Assembly: GCA_037447435.1 (NCBI GenBank) | Contig: JBBIGR010000004.1 | Span: 128,001 to 192,000, forward strand | Origin: Fibrobacteria bacterium | GTDB lineage: Bacteria; Fibrobacterota; Chitinivibrionia; Chitinivibrionales; FEN-1185 | DNA: 64,000 nucleotides | Reading direction: 5' to 3' | Shown here: positions 1-9,599 of the stretch, piece by piece | How the letters are laid out: each line of letters starts with the position of its first letter | Numbering within the stretch: position 1 is the stretch's first letter | The notes under the pieces: generated by a model | Told to the model about the DNA's origin: nothing | The model's input: the letters and a program-made list of their open reading frames with translations, nothing else | Database searches by the model: none | Made by a program: the position numbers and the translations under genes

Positions 1-1355
1 TCCCAAAAACGAAGTACTTCCCTTGCATACGGTATCAATTTTTGCGTTGCGAAAGTATTATCTTTTGTAAAATCATAATAATCCAGCATCATAGCAAGCA
101 ATTCAAGGCTTCCGTTATAATGCAGACCTACCCAACCACTGATTGTGTTGATGCCGTCGCCGTAATCGCTATTGGCCCATAACCCGAAAAAGTGGACAGT
201 TTCAGGAACGTTCATTCCGTCGTGATTGAACAACGCCTTGGTCGCTTCTTTTCGTATCGGAATCATGTCGGTATACATTTTGAAAAACGGGTTCATAAGG
301 TCGAAATCGCCGGCTGCAAGATTGAGCCAAAACATGAGCCGGGTGTTTTGCATCCAATAGGTGCCGCCCCAGGTTCTGTTATCGGTGAAATTAAACAAAG
401 ATCCGTTGAATTTTGCCGGATACGCGCCGCGGCCTTCGCACGCATTGACAAATCGTTGCAGCAGATAGTTTTTGGTCGTTTCGGTCTGAGTATTGTCGAG
501 TTCTATCCAGCTGCGGCCCCAAAAATTAGCCCACCACTTTTCATGCGCGGCTCGCGCCTGGGAAACGCTTGTGGTATGTGCGGCAGCAACGATATTTTGA
601 ATATCGGTTGTCCAAGCAGCGACACTGGCCGCTAAACTCGTATGCGTGAATATCTCGCATACCGCAACAGTGTCATTCGCCGAAGTAACGGTAGACCCGG
701 AAGCGGTAAAACCGCTCCCCTGCATGATTCCGCCGAAGGTACGGTTCGACATCGGGTCGGTGAAATGCGTTTTATCGACTTTTTGCGTCGAGGTGGTCTG
801 GTTCCATATATAGCTTGACGAAGGATTCCGATGATAGAAAACAACGGCGTTATTGCTTACCGAAACGGTTCTGCTGACAGCGGTGCCATACGACTGGTCT
901 ACCGACACGGCCATAGTAAAAGCCTGGATTCCATGGCCTTCGATGCGCACAACCGACGCATTCGCGTCAACATACATTATTATGTCTTTCTGGGATACCC
1001 CAGTTCCGCCGATAATTTCTATCTCACCCTCTTTGAGTTTGAGTACCTGGGAAAAGCCCGAGGAGAACGGATTGGGGGTGATCGTCACATCGATTTTGGC
1101 CAATTTGGGAAGCATTGACTCGACCCAACCGTTGTCATTCGCATCATTCCACGCATCGGTGCGACCGATAAGAAAATGAATAACATTATTTTGCACCCAC
1201 ACATTGCATCCGGTTTCACCATTACCAATAGGCATGGAGCCGGTGACATCCGCACTTTGCGATGTCCAAGTCTGATTATACGTGGTCACGTTGAATGCCT
1301 GCGCCAAGGTGCAAAACAAAGCCATAATAATCAAGCCGCATTGAATTTTTCTCAT
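1..1355 (-). CDS. Secreted DUF5703-domain protein (GH95-like N-terminus, putative glycoside hydrolase); runs off the left edge
   Basis: Absent from the ORF track because it has no stop in the window. Both ends translated by hand in one frame: AAGGAG SD at 1361-1366, ATG at 1355, signal peptide MRKIQCGLIIMALFCTLAQA, then SMPIGNGETGCNVWVQ...GRTDAW...LPKLAKIDVTITPNPF; left edge reads ...TFATQKLIPYAREVLRFW. Confidence 0.8.
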   Translation of the reverse strand, partial: MRKIQCGLIIMALFCTLAQAFNVTTYNQTWTSQSADVTGSMPIGNGETGCNVWVQNNVIHFLIGRTDAWNDANDNGWVESMLPKLAKIDVTITPNPFSSGFSQVLKLKEGEIEIIGGTGVSQKDIIMYVDANASVVRIEGHGIQAFTMAVSVDQSYGTAVSRTVSVSNNAVVFYHRNPSSSYIWNQTTSTQKVDKTHFTDPMSNRTFGGIMQGSGFTASGSTVTSANDTVAVCEIFTHTSLAASVAAWTTDIQNIVAAAHTTSVSQARAAHEKWWANFWGRSWIELDNTQTETTKNYLLQRFVNACEGRGAYPAKFNGSLFNFTDNRTWGGTYWMQNTRLMFWLNLAAGDFDLMNPFFKMYTDMIPIRKEATKALFNHDGMNVPETVHFFGLWANSDYGDGINTISGWVGLHYNGSLELLAMMLDYYDFTKDNTFATQKLIPYAREVLRFW

Positions 1356-1392
1356 TGGTACTCCTTTTGCATTTCTTATCGTATGCAAGCTT

Positions 1393-3108
1393 TTACCGGT
1401 TTGAAACAGCGGTAAACCTTGCGATATAGACTCCGCCGGCGATCCCGAAATCATGTGACAAGCTCATATTGTTTTTAGTGACGGTAAAGTCTCGGATGCA
1501 TTTACCGTTAATATCGTACAGTTTTCCTTTAATCGTTTTTCCCATAAACTCATGGGGCAGCGAAATATTGTCTCCGACTATTTTGCTGCATTTATTGACC
1601 GCCAGAAATTCTGGCGCGCTTTCCCGTGTTGCGGCCGGAGTGCCGATACCCGTCGTCAAAGAATCGTAAATGCAAAAACTCGCATACGACAATGCGGGCA
1701 ATGTCGCCGTGATCATTTGAGTACCGACGCAGATTGCGACATTTTGCGGACCGTTGTTTTGATTGTTGGTGACCACGACAAGACTTCCGTCGGGATTTTT
1801 CACCGCGATTTCATTGGTATCGTACTGGCCGGTTACCTTAAGCACTTTTGATCCCGGTCTGATGTAATAGCTTAAATGCTTGAGTCCGTAATATTGTGAA
1901 TTATAAGTGATTTTTTTTCCTACGGTGTCTATGGTAATCATGGAATTCTGAGCCCAATGTCCGCTGGAACCCGTTGCCCACTGCGCACTGAAGCCTCCGT
2001 TTGCCAAAATCAAGTTCCATTGAAACGCACCGGATACGCCGTTGGCAATTCCCATTTTAATTTCCGGGAATGTCGACGATTGAATATAGTTCCATGAATT
2101 GTCCCCGCCGCCGCATTGCAATTCCGTCAAGTATTCTCTGACGTTGGGGAATTTTTTATGGATATAGTTGATTTCGTCTTCACCTTGATACTGATAGCAA
2201 ACCGTGGTGATAATGGGACCGGTATACGGGTCTCTGAGCATCGGAACAAAGGCATTCGTGTCGTTTATATTCATTGTCGGCGTCCATAATTCGACATCGG
2301 GGTGATCGGCAACCATTCGCGGACCAAGGAAATTTTTCATGAAATTCAGCATCATGGTTCCCGACGACCATCTCATGGAGGGAAAAGGCTGGCAACAGTA
2401 GGGTTCGTTCTGAAACGCCAATGCGAAAAACGGAATGCCATAGGCCTTATAGAGGGTTATGGCTTTTGAAAAATACAGAGCATATGCCGTTAATGTCGCA
2501 TTATCCTGTTTCAATGCGCAGTCTTCGGAAATGGCGGTTCCACCAAACCAATTATTATTGTTTTTCATCCATGCCGGTGCCGACCAGGGGCTTCCCCAAA
2601 CCTTTAGATTCGGGTTGCGGACAAGTGCTTTCTTGACAAAATCGAGCGTGACGAGACTGTCGCGGTTAATGCTTATTTTAGACATTGCATAGTCGCCGCT
2701 GTTATCGTTAAGAGAATACCCGTCGATCGAAAAATCGCTGCATCCGATCGGTAAGCGGATCATATTGAATTTGCAGCCGCTCACCGTATCGAACAATGCC
2801 TTTATCACGCTGTCCTGTAATGTTGAAGACAATTTATGCAATGCCAACACTCCGGATTCGTTGGGACTTCCGCCCCATCCGGTCATGGTTTGATATTTGA
2901 CCGTGGTATCGAGAATTATTTCCGTGTTCTGGGTAGTGTGGGTTACAACCGACAATGCTTGCTCCGCAGCCCAAGGACTGGCCGATGTCGAGGTACGCCA
3001 TTTCGCTTTCAATACGGCATGTGCCGGAGTATTAATCCCTCCTATCAGTATACAAAGAAACAATATCATCGCAAAACATTTGAACATGTCAATCCTCTGC
3101 TTTACCAT
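1393..3108 (-). CDS. Secreted glycoside hydrolase family 30 with C-terminal sorting-like domain
   Basis: Signal peptide; YQTMTGWGG, RLPIGCSDFS, SPWSAPAWMK, QNEP (acid/base), TELQCG (nucleophile); GH30 beta-sandwich NPDGSLVVV; CTD with YDINGK...GGVYIARF. Confidence 0.9.
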   Translation of the reverse strand: MVKQRIDMFKCFAMILFLCILIGGINTPAHAVLKAKWRTSTSASPWAAEQALSVVTHTTQNTEIILDTTVKYQTMTGWGGSPNESGVLALHKLSSTLQDSVIKALFDTVSGCKFNMIRLPIGCSDFSIDGYSLNDNSGDYAMSKISINRDSLVTLDFVKKALVRNPNLKVWGSPWSAPAWMKNNNNWFGGTAISEDCALKQDNATLTAYALYFSKAITLYKAYGIPFFALAFQNEPYCCQPFPSMRWSSGTMMLNFMKNFLGPRMVADHPDVELWTPTMNINDTNAFVPMLRDPYTGPIITTVCYQYQGEDEINYIHKKFPNVREYLTELQCGGGDNSWNYIQSSTFPEIKMGIANGVSGAFQWNLILANGGFSAQWATGSSGHWAQNSMITIDTVGKKITYNSQYYGLKHLSYYIRPGSKVLKVTGQYDTNEIAVKNPDGSLVVVTNNQNNGPQNVAICVGTQMITATLPALSYASFCIYDSLTTGIGTPAATRESAPEFLAVNKCSKIVGDNISLPHEFMGKTIKGKLYDINGKCIRDFTVTKNNMSLSHDFGIAGGVYIARFTAVSNR

Positions 3109-3132
3109 ATCAGCCCACCCTCGGAAAAATTT

Positions 3133-4536
3133 TTAAAAAGAATATTTAATTTTCAGCATCCAATACCATTGGCTGTTTTTTATCAACGCCGACTCGTAAT
3201 CCTGATATTTCTTGATATATGTTTCCGTCCTCAAATGGTCTCTGCCGATTAATCCGATTATCGACAATCCGTCATAAATGGTTTTCTTTCCATAGATGAT
3301 CCATTTCCAATCGTCGTGGGTATAATCATAGGCATTTTCATTTGCCCCCGGAGCAGACGGAGTAGCGGAAACCGCACCGGTATAATTTTGATAACTATCC
3401 GGGTATTTTGCGCCGAACCATTCGCCTTCGAGAGCGAGAACGTCTAGTTGTTTAAACGAGGGGATATTGAATCCGATCGTCACAGGCATTTTTTCCCAAA
3501 TATTATCGTATCCGTAAGGATTGCAAATATTATTAGTGTCAAGTGCATTGCTTTTGGGATAACTCGCCAAGCCCAGTACGGCGGTTTCCATATAAACCTG
3601 TCCGTCCTTTTCGCCCAAAAGCGGGAAATCGAAAAAGCGTTTCGGATCGACCATACATCGGAACATCAGCTTCGTTCCTTGATATGTATAATAGCCCGTA
3701 TCGTTTGGGGAATTTAAATAGCCGTTGGTTTGATAATCATGCGTCGATATTTCAATGTCGTTTTTTTCGTCAACCGAGAACAAACTGCCGATAGAAAGGC
3801 CGAGTCCGACATCAAACGCCTTTCCAATCGATGCATCCGCAACATAGGAAAGAGAAAAGTTATAAAACGGTTCAATGTCCGACATTGTCGTCAACAAAAG
3901 ATCCTGACACAGCCAATCGGATAATTTGTGTGAAATAATAATTCCATTGAGACGTGCCAACGGAAGATCGAAATTTGTTTCGATATACGCTGGATAGCAT
4001 CCGGTTCTGAACAAATATTCGCCGAAATCCTGTGCCTGCGGATTGTACTTGTATTCGAACCGTCCGATCCCGATAGTGAGCTCCGATTTTCCTTTATCTC
4101 CAAATGATATTATTCCTTCGGCATTTGTTATCGTTATGTCGAAGTTCTGCATAGGAGCGCCGAAGGTCGAATTATCGCGGACCGCGCTTAACGGACTCGT
4201 ATTGTACCACATTCGCGATTCGAGCGAAATAACGGCGGAAAAGATATCGTTTACTTTTGCGTGTGCGGCCAAACCGGCATATAAATGCCCTATCCATAGG
4301 TGATATAGTTCCGAATTCAAATTTCCGCCATAGTGACCATCCTCTATTTCGCCTGCTTCGATTGCCCCATATCCGGAAATGTCGATATGTTTTTGCGTCG
4401 TTTTTGCATCTGCCTTTTGGGGCGTAATTTCCAATGCGACCGAATCTGCAGACAAGGGGTCGGCATACAGACAGGCGCACAAAGAAAGTAATGCAGCCGA
4501 AGAGGCGCACAGATGTTTTAGACTAGCAGAAAGAAT
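3133..4536 (-). CDS. Uncharacterised outer-membrane beta-barrel protein (paralog 1); probable ATT start at 4536 (ORF track starts at TTG 4482)
   Basis: Alternating beta-strand pattern and C-terminal WYWMLKIKYSF (BAM-type terminal Phe). Clear paralog of 33925-35367. AAGGAGG SD at 4542-4548 lies 5 nt before an in-frame ATT that completes a signal peptide. Confidence 0.75.
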   Translation of the reverse strand: MLSASLKHLCASSAALLSLCACLYADPLSADSVALEITPQKADAKTTQKHIDISGYGAIEAGEIEDGHYGGNLNSELYHLWIGHLYAGLAAHAKVNDIFSAVISLESRMWYNTSPLSAVRDNSTFGAPMQNFDITITNAEGIISFGDKGKSELTIGIGRFEYKYNPQAQDFGEYLFRTGCYPAYIETNFDLPLARLNGIIISHKLSDWLCQDLLLTTMSDIEPFYNFSLSYVADASIGKAFDVGLGLSIGSLFSVDEKNDIEISTHDYQTNGYLNSPNDTGYYTYQGTKLMFRCMVDPKRFFDFPLLGEKDGQVYMETAVLGLASYPKSNALDTNNICNPYGYDNIWEKMPVTIGFNIPSFKQLDVLALEGEWFGAKYPDSYQNYTGAVSATPSAPGANENAYDYTHDDWKWIIYGKKTIYDGLSIIGLIGRDHLRTETYIKKYQDYESALIKNSQWYWMLKIKYSF

Positions 4537-4564
4537 AAGTTCCTCCTTTGCAAAGTATCTATTA

Positions 4565-6952
4565 TCAATTTATAAGTTGAGCAGTCAGCGATCTTTTTTC
4601 CGTCAATAGTTTTTTGGCTATTTGCACGTTTCCCGCCGCATTCCGCAAAATTATTAAATAATAACCGGAATGAATCTTTGGTAATTGAGCATTTTTCGTC
4701 AAAAGTACATTTTTGACGATGCACTTTCCATCGGCACTGAAAATCGATATTTCAAGTAACGGCGATTTTTTCGCAAACATTGCCTGCCTTGGAGCAACCG
4801 ACACCGTACCGCCGTTGGAGGTAATGAACTGCTTAAGCGTGTTATAGGATAATATGTTGATTTGGCCGATAAGCCCGAGATCGCTGGTATTTCTTGCGCA
4901 TTCCGCCAATTTAAGAAGTGCGAGATAAAACTGGTTCAGCCCGTTATTCAGGTCCAGGCATGCGGCGGATTTGCCACTCGTTTTATACGTCGCATACGAC
5001 TTATTTATATTTATTAATCCCTGGACATATAATATCCTGAAATCAAGCCTGTTGATCATGATATCGAGCCAGTATTGGCCCGATGCTAAAAGTTGCGGTC
5101 TCAAACTTTTCAAACTGGATGAATATCCCTGGTCGCGCACTACGATAGATTGTTGCTTTGTGATTAATGTCTGGCAATTGTTCAAGGTCGTTTGGTCCGT
5201 GGTGAAAGCTGAAAGCTGCAACGGCTGCCAACCTTCCGAAATGTTCATGTCCCTGTAATCGCCTGTCGTCGCGGCGGGGATCGACGCTTCGCTGCTGTCG
5301 CTTGCATTATAAAAATTCAGCATGGTCGTTGCGGCGGCGGCGCCGTACAGTTTTGTGCAATAATCGGAATAGAATTGCGCTCCGGTAAGAGAGGGGTTCC
5401 AAACAAATTCAGCAAGGTATTTGATATTGTGTTCAACGCCGGACTGCTTCCACCCGTCAAGCGTCACGCATTCCACGTTGTTCGCCGCGCAGGCTTTGTA
5501 CATTTTTTCCTGTTTTAAAACACGATATTCGGGAAACCAGACCAGTCCGTCGTATTCCCACCAATCCGTCATCCATGTTTTACGATCTGTTGTCAATTTA
5601 TACTCGTTAGTCGCCTCGTTTATCCCTTGCCGGGTGTCCCATGAATTCATACCGTGGAATATGATTTCCTTCGGGCAGTCCCGATCGAAACCGCTGAAAA
5701 GTTCCGACATATCCCATCCGCCAGTCGCAATTTTGCTTCGTTCCGCGGAAGTCAGTTTGTTGACGGTTTGCAAAAACAAATACGCGTAATCGATGTCGCC
5801 CTTTTTATTCGCGTCGGTTGCCCAATAGGAATACTGATTCCGGATTGCGGTTGCGGCAGCATCGTTGGTCACGGTTTTCCATAATGCGCCGCCTGCTTCT
5901 GCCTGCCACATCCAGTAATAATCGGATTTCGGATAAATTTGTACCAACCGTCTGTAGCGGTCGACTTCCTTGTTTACATTACTTGCGTTGAGCGGATCAG
6001 GCATCGGTTCCCAACCCCTGGAAGTTGTCAAGGCGAAATTGCCGCCTCTTGGTTGCATGAGACAAAACCCGACCACCGTGGATATTCCGCGCGTATGGGC
6101 ATAATCAATCACTCTGCGGAGCATCGCCTGACACGAATCTTGAGCAACACCATTGCCTTTACTTTTGTTCTGCCACCATTGCCTGGTACCGAATGTCGTC
6201 ATTGAACCGAAGGGCCCGCCGCCATACATTTTTGCCGGATCAAACGAGTCCTGCCAATCCGCAACATGGTCCGAAGTCGCATTGGGAGACCCGTCGGAAT
6301 AAGTGTCGTTATAATATGCCATTCCCGGATAAAAATGAAATTCTATAAAGTTAAGCCTTAACCGCGTCATCCTATCGATAAACAGCTTAAAATCTTCCTC
6401 ATTCCATCCCGACATGCCGCATAAAAAATTGTCCCAGGGAAATAGGCCGTAATATCTGAACGCCGGGGCAACGCTGATATTTAAATTTTTTATAGTAAAA
6501 GCAGCCTGAGGCGGCAGAATTTCTCCGGATATTTGAAAATATGCCCCATACTGTTGTAAAAAATCATATACGCAGGGAGAAAGCCCCGTATCGCTCTTGG
6601 CTGCGAGATAAATCGTATTGTTTATCGTCTTGATGGCATAGCCATGATCGGCGTATTTTCCTGTTGGGAAACCGATATTGCCGCTGGAAACTTGTTGAGC
6701 GATAAGAGCGTTGTTTATCGGAGTACCTATTACTATATCAAATGTCGACGGCGTTCCCGAAGTATCTATTGCATCCGAAAACATCTTGCTTAAAAATGAA
6801 ACCGCATCGCTTACGACCCAGGCTTCCAAAGCGGTTTTAGGGGAACCGGTTTTAATCTTAATGGCAGCCTCAGCCTGAAATTGACATATCAGCAACCCGG
6901 CTGTTGCCATGAAAGCGGTTAACAAGGTTTTTCCCGGAATTCGTATTTTCAT
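4565..6952 (-). CDS. Secreted putative glycoside hydrolase, family unassigned (GH20/GH67-type N-terminal domain plus probable TIM barrel plus CTD)
   Basis: Signal peptide ending AEA; GYAIKT..TIYLAAKSDTGLSPCVYDFLQQYG is the accessory-domain pattern of GH20/67/115; PAFRYYG..W, FIDRMTRLRLNFIEFH; CTD FSADGK...GYYLIIL. Confidence 0.65.
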   Translation of the reverse strand: MKIRIPGKTLLTAFMATAGLLICQFQAEAAIKIKTGSPKTALEAWVVSDAVSFLSKMFSDAIDTSGTPSTFDIVIGTPINNALIAQQVSSGNIGFPTGKYADHGYAIKTINNTIYLAAKSDTGLSPCVYDFLQQYGAYFQISGEILPPQAAFTIKNLNISVAPAFRYYGLFPWDNFLCGMSGWNEEDFKLFIDRMTRLRLNFIEFHFYPGMAYYNDTYSDGSPNATSDHVADWQDSFDPAKMYGGGPFGSMTTFGTRQWWQNKSKGNGVAQDSCQAMLRRVIDYAHTRGISTVVGFCLMQPRGGNFALTTSRGWEPMPDPLNASNVNKEVDRYRRLVQIYPKSDYYWMWQAEAGGALWKTVTNDAAATAIRNQYSYWATDANKKGDIDYAYLFLQTVNKLTSAERSKIATGGWDMSELFSGFDRDCPKEIIFHGMNSWDTRQGINEATNEYKLTTDRKTWMTDWWEYDGLVWFPEYRVLKQEKMYKACAANNVECVTLDGWKQSGVEHNIKYLAEFVWNPSLTGAQFYSDYCTKLYGAAAATTMLNFYNASDSSEASIPAATTGDYRDMNISEGWQPLQLSAFTTDQTTLNNCQTLITKQQSIVVRDQGYSSSLKSLRPQLLASGQYWLDIMINRLDFRILYVQGLININKSYATYKTSGKSAACLDLNNGLNQFYLALLKLAECARNTSDLGLIGQINILSYNTLKQFITSNGGTVSVAPRQAMFAKKSPLLEISIFSADGKCIVKNVLLTKNAQLPKIHSGYYLIILRNAAGNVQIAKKLLTEKRSLTAQLIN

Positions 6953-7123
6953 AAACCTTTTTTTCCCCGATGGAAAAATGATTTTTCGTCGTATCTATTA
7001 TACCACTTTATAGTGATTTCGTATAGAAACAAAACCCATATAAAATCGGCCATTCCCTGCTTTGAAAAAGGGTCCGTATCTCGCAAAAAACCGGTTTAAT
7101 TTCTTCACTTTCCCTATCAAAAG

Positions 7124-7210
7124 AATATAAGAAAATAAAAGTAAAACGTTCGATATTTATAAAAAAAACAGTTAACTAATTAAAAGTGTATTTTTGCAAC
7201 ATAAAACGTT
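7124..7210 (-). promoter_or_regulatory. Putative promoter/operator region of the 6952 operon
   Basis: Minus-strand -10 TATATT at 7129-7124; box variant TAGTTAACT at 7178-7170; two TAAAACGTT copies at 7142-7150 and 7202-7210. Confidence 0.4.
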
Positions 7211-7334
7211 ATAAGGCAATAATTATAATCAAGATATAATAAATATCAAGTATATATTATTATATACAAATCTAGCTTATATAATTGATAACACGATAAA
7301 TGAAAAACTGGAACTGCGGGAATATCTCTAAATA

Positions 7335-7366
7335 GCGTTCCTCCCCCAAAAAGGGGGAGGATTCGC
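7335..7366 (-). terminator. Hairpin downstream of the GH39 gene
   Basis: TCCTCCCCC (7339-7347) / GGGGGAGGA (7353-7361) inverted repeat; only a weak U-tract (TATTT) on the minus strand. Confidence 0.55.
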
Positions 7367-7388
7367 GGTTTCGCAAAAGTAGCAGTAA

Positions 7389-9344
7389 CTATTTGAGAAT
7401 CGGTAAAACGACGCTTCGTGTGCCGAAATGTTGTGCATCCAACACACACATATACGCACCGGAGCCGAGACTCGGCAACGCAAGGGTATGTTCACCTGCA
7501 GCGCCGTTTTTCATAGTTATCGGAAGCACGGTTTTTTGACCTGCAAAATTCACAATCGACAACGTTACCTTCGTGTCCTTCGGCAAGGAATAATAAAGCA
7601 TTGGTGTTTTACCGACATTGTAGGCTCTCACCATGAACGGCAAAACCTGCTTTTCAGTTTTCGCCGGCAAAAAGCCTGTTGTTGTTTCGCCTGAAAGAAC
7701 CAGGAGTGATACACCCGGTTGATATTGCGCATATGTCTTGGAAAATGTCGCATTGGTAATCGTAACCGTAGAAACGCTGTCGAGCAGTTTCAGCGTTCCA
7801 TCCGCCTGTAATTTATCCCATTGCGCAGAAGTCGGCTTCGCAGGGCGCCCTTGGCTTACCCAGGTGGTAAACGAATTGCTGTGGTCGTGATCTACGCCGT
7901 ATCGTTCTACTTTTACTTTGCTCGATTGAAACGGCAAATTCTTAACTTGTAATTTCATGGAATCTATGACCGTTGAAACCGTAGGGTTGGCACCGCTACC
8001 GTAATTGTGATCGTATATGAGGATTTGAACCTGGTTTTTATCCTTACTGACCGTTGCAATGCCGTTTAAGCCGGTAGTGGCGGTCGCCGCCGTGCCGCCC
8101 GTAAGTGACAAAACAGAATCTCCGAGCATATGGAGCATTTTAAACGCATTGAACGACGGTTTCTTTGCATCTCGTTGCCTAAGAATCATGCCCATTGCAC
8201 CGGCAAATGCTGACGTTGAGGACAAATTGGCTTCTTCAAAAATATCCGATATTACCCAAAAACTGAAAACATCGGGCGGCTGAACGCCTTGGTTCATTTC
8301 CGGAAACAGCGAATGCACCGCTTTGGCGGCAAATGATGCATTGCATTCGTCGTCAAAGTAATTATACCGGGCGCTTGCATTCCATTCGGTTTGCAGGTTC
8401 TCGAGTTTAAGCGTCGGGTATCTCTTGATAAATGCGTCAATCCCCCGTTGCCGCGGTGCAAAAGCCGTGGCATTTTGATCGCCTTCGCCCCACGGATATT
8501 GATGCCACGATATAAAATTCACCCTTGTACTTGTCTTTGCGGAGTTTGCATAGTTTTTCGAAATACAGTGGTTTAAAAATGTTTTGAGCAAACCGCCCGT
8601 ATCTGACAATGCCGATGCCGGCCCGCCTATTTTAATATTAGTATCGGCCTTTAGCGCTCCTTCGACGGCATAATCATACATATGCAAATAATCATCGTAT
8701 GTGCCGGTAAAAAACTGAGGATTAATGTCAGGTTCATTCCATACTTCCCAATGCCACGCTTCGATTTCTGAAGCACCGTATCGAGTCGCACTGTGTTTTA
8801 CGATTTCATAAATAAGATTCTGCCATTTGGTATAATCTTTTGGTTTTGTCACATTGCCCGGAACGCCGTTATACCAGCAGGTAGTGGTTGTTCCCGAAGC
8901 AAGAGCCGCCGGCATAAAGCTGAGCTCCACAATCGGTTTCCAACCAAGCGAGGTCACATAATCCATAATCGTATCGTAATTTTTCCAATTGTAAACAGGA
9001 TTGCCCGAAGCGTCTTCCTTGTAGATGCCGACATCGTCGTCCAAAATGCCGTGCGCGCGCACGCTTTTCATTCCGAGCTCGTTCTTTGCAATAGCGAATG
9101 CGGATCGGATATTCCCGCCGTAGGCCGTGTTGATAACGGTATACATATGGTCGGCACCGACGCATTTTTCCCAGAACCGGTTCAACGCCGACGTCGGCTT
9201 GCCTGCATCAACCGCTATGTTGTAGGTTGTCGCCGCAAAGGAATTATTTGACAAAACAAGCATACACCACATGCAAAAAAAAACGCTTTTTTTTACAAAT
9301 AACGGCGTTTTTTTCGCCGTTGAGAATATTTTGAAAACGTGCAT
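7389..9344 (-). CDS. Secreted glycoside hydrolase family 39 (beta-xylosidase-like) with CTD
   Basis: VRAHGILDDD, KPIVELSFMP, WEVWNEPD (acid/base), TEWN (nucleophile), FSFWVISDIFEE; CTD GAYMCVL. Confidence 0.92.
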   Translation of the reverse strand: MHVFKIFSTAKKTPLFVKKSVFFCMWCMLVLSNNSFAATTYNIAVDAGKPTSALNRFWEKCVGADHMYTVINTAYGGNIRSAFAIAKNELGMKSVRAHGILDDDVGIYKEDASGNPVYNWKNYDTIMDYVTSLGWKPIVELSFMPAALASGTTTTCWYNGVPGNVTKPKDYTKWQNLIYEIVKHSATRYGASEIEAWHWEVWNEPDINPQFFTGTYDDYLHMYDYAVEGALKADTNIKIGGPASALSDTGGLLKTFLNHCISKNYANSAKTSTRVNFISWHQYPWGEGDQNATAFAPRQRGIDAFIKRYPTLKLENLQTEWNASARYNYFDDECNASFAAKAVHSLFPEMNQGVQPPDVFSFWVISDIFEEANLSSTSAFAGAMGMILRQRDAKKPSFNAFKMLHMLGDSVLSLTGGTAATATTGLNGIATVSKDKNQVQILIYDHNYGSGANPTVSTVIDSMKLQVKNLPFQSSKVKVERYGVDHDHSNSFTTWVSQGRPAKPTSAQWDKLQADGTLKLLDSVSTVTITNATFSKTYAQYQPGVSLLVLSGETTTGFLPAKTEKQVLPFMVRAYNVGKTPMLYYSLPKDTKVTLSIVNFAGQKTVLPITMKNGAAGEHTLALPSLGSGAYMCVLDAQHFGTRSVVLPILK

Positions 9345-9599
9345 TACCCGGCCCCCTTTTTTTGAAAATTATTGGGATAAAAAACTGGTACTTCGTGTCG
9401 CAGCCAACCTCTTTGCAGCAAAACAATCGTCATAAAATACCGTCATTTCATAGGGAAAACAAGAACTCAATCACAATGTGTATACATTATGTAAACACGT
9501 GTTTACCGAATTCAAATCGCACAGGCTATTTCAGAAAAAAGCTAAGCGCATAACTACCGGATCGAAAAACACGATTTGTTTACCGTTGAATGATATAAG

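Noticed and set aside
192..1415. Several + strand ORFs at the left edge
   Set aside because: They lie antisense to the DUF5703 gene, which has an SD, signal peptide and family motifs.
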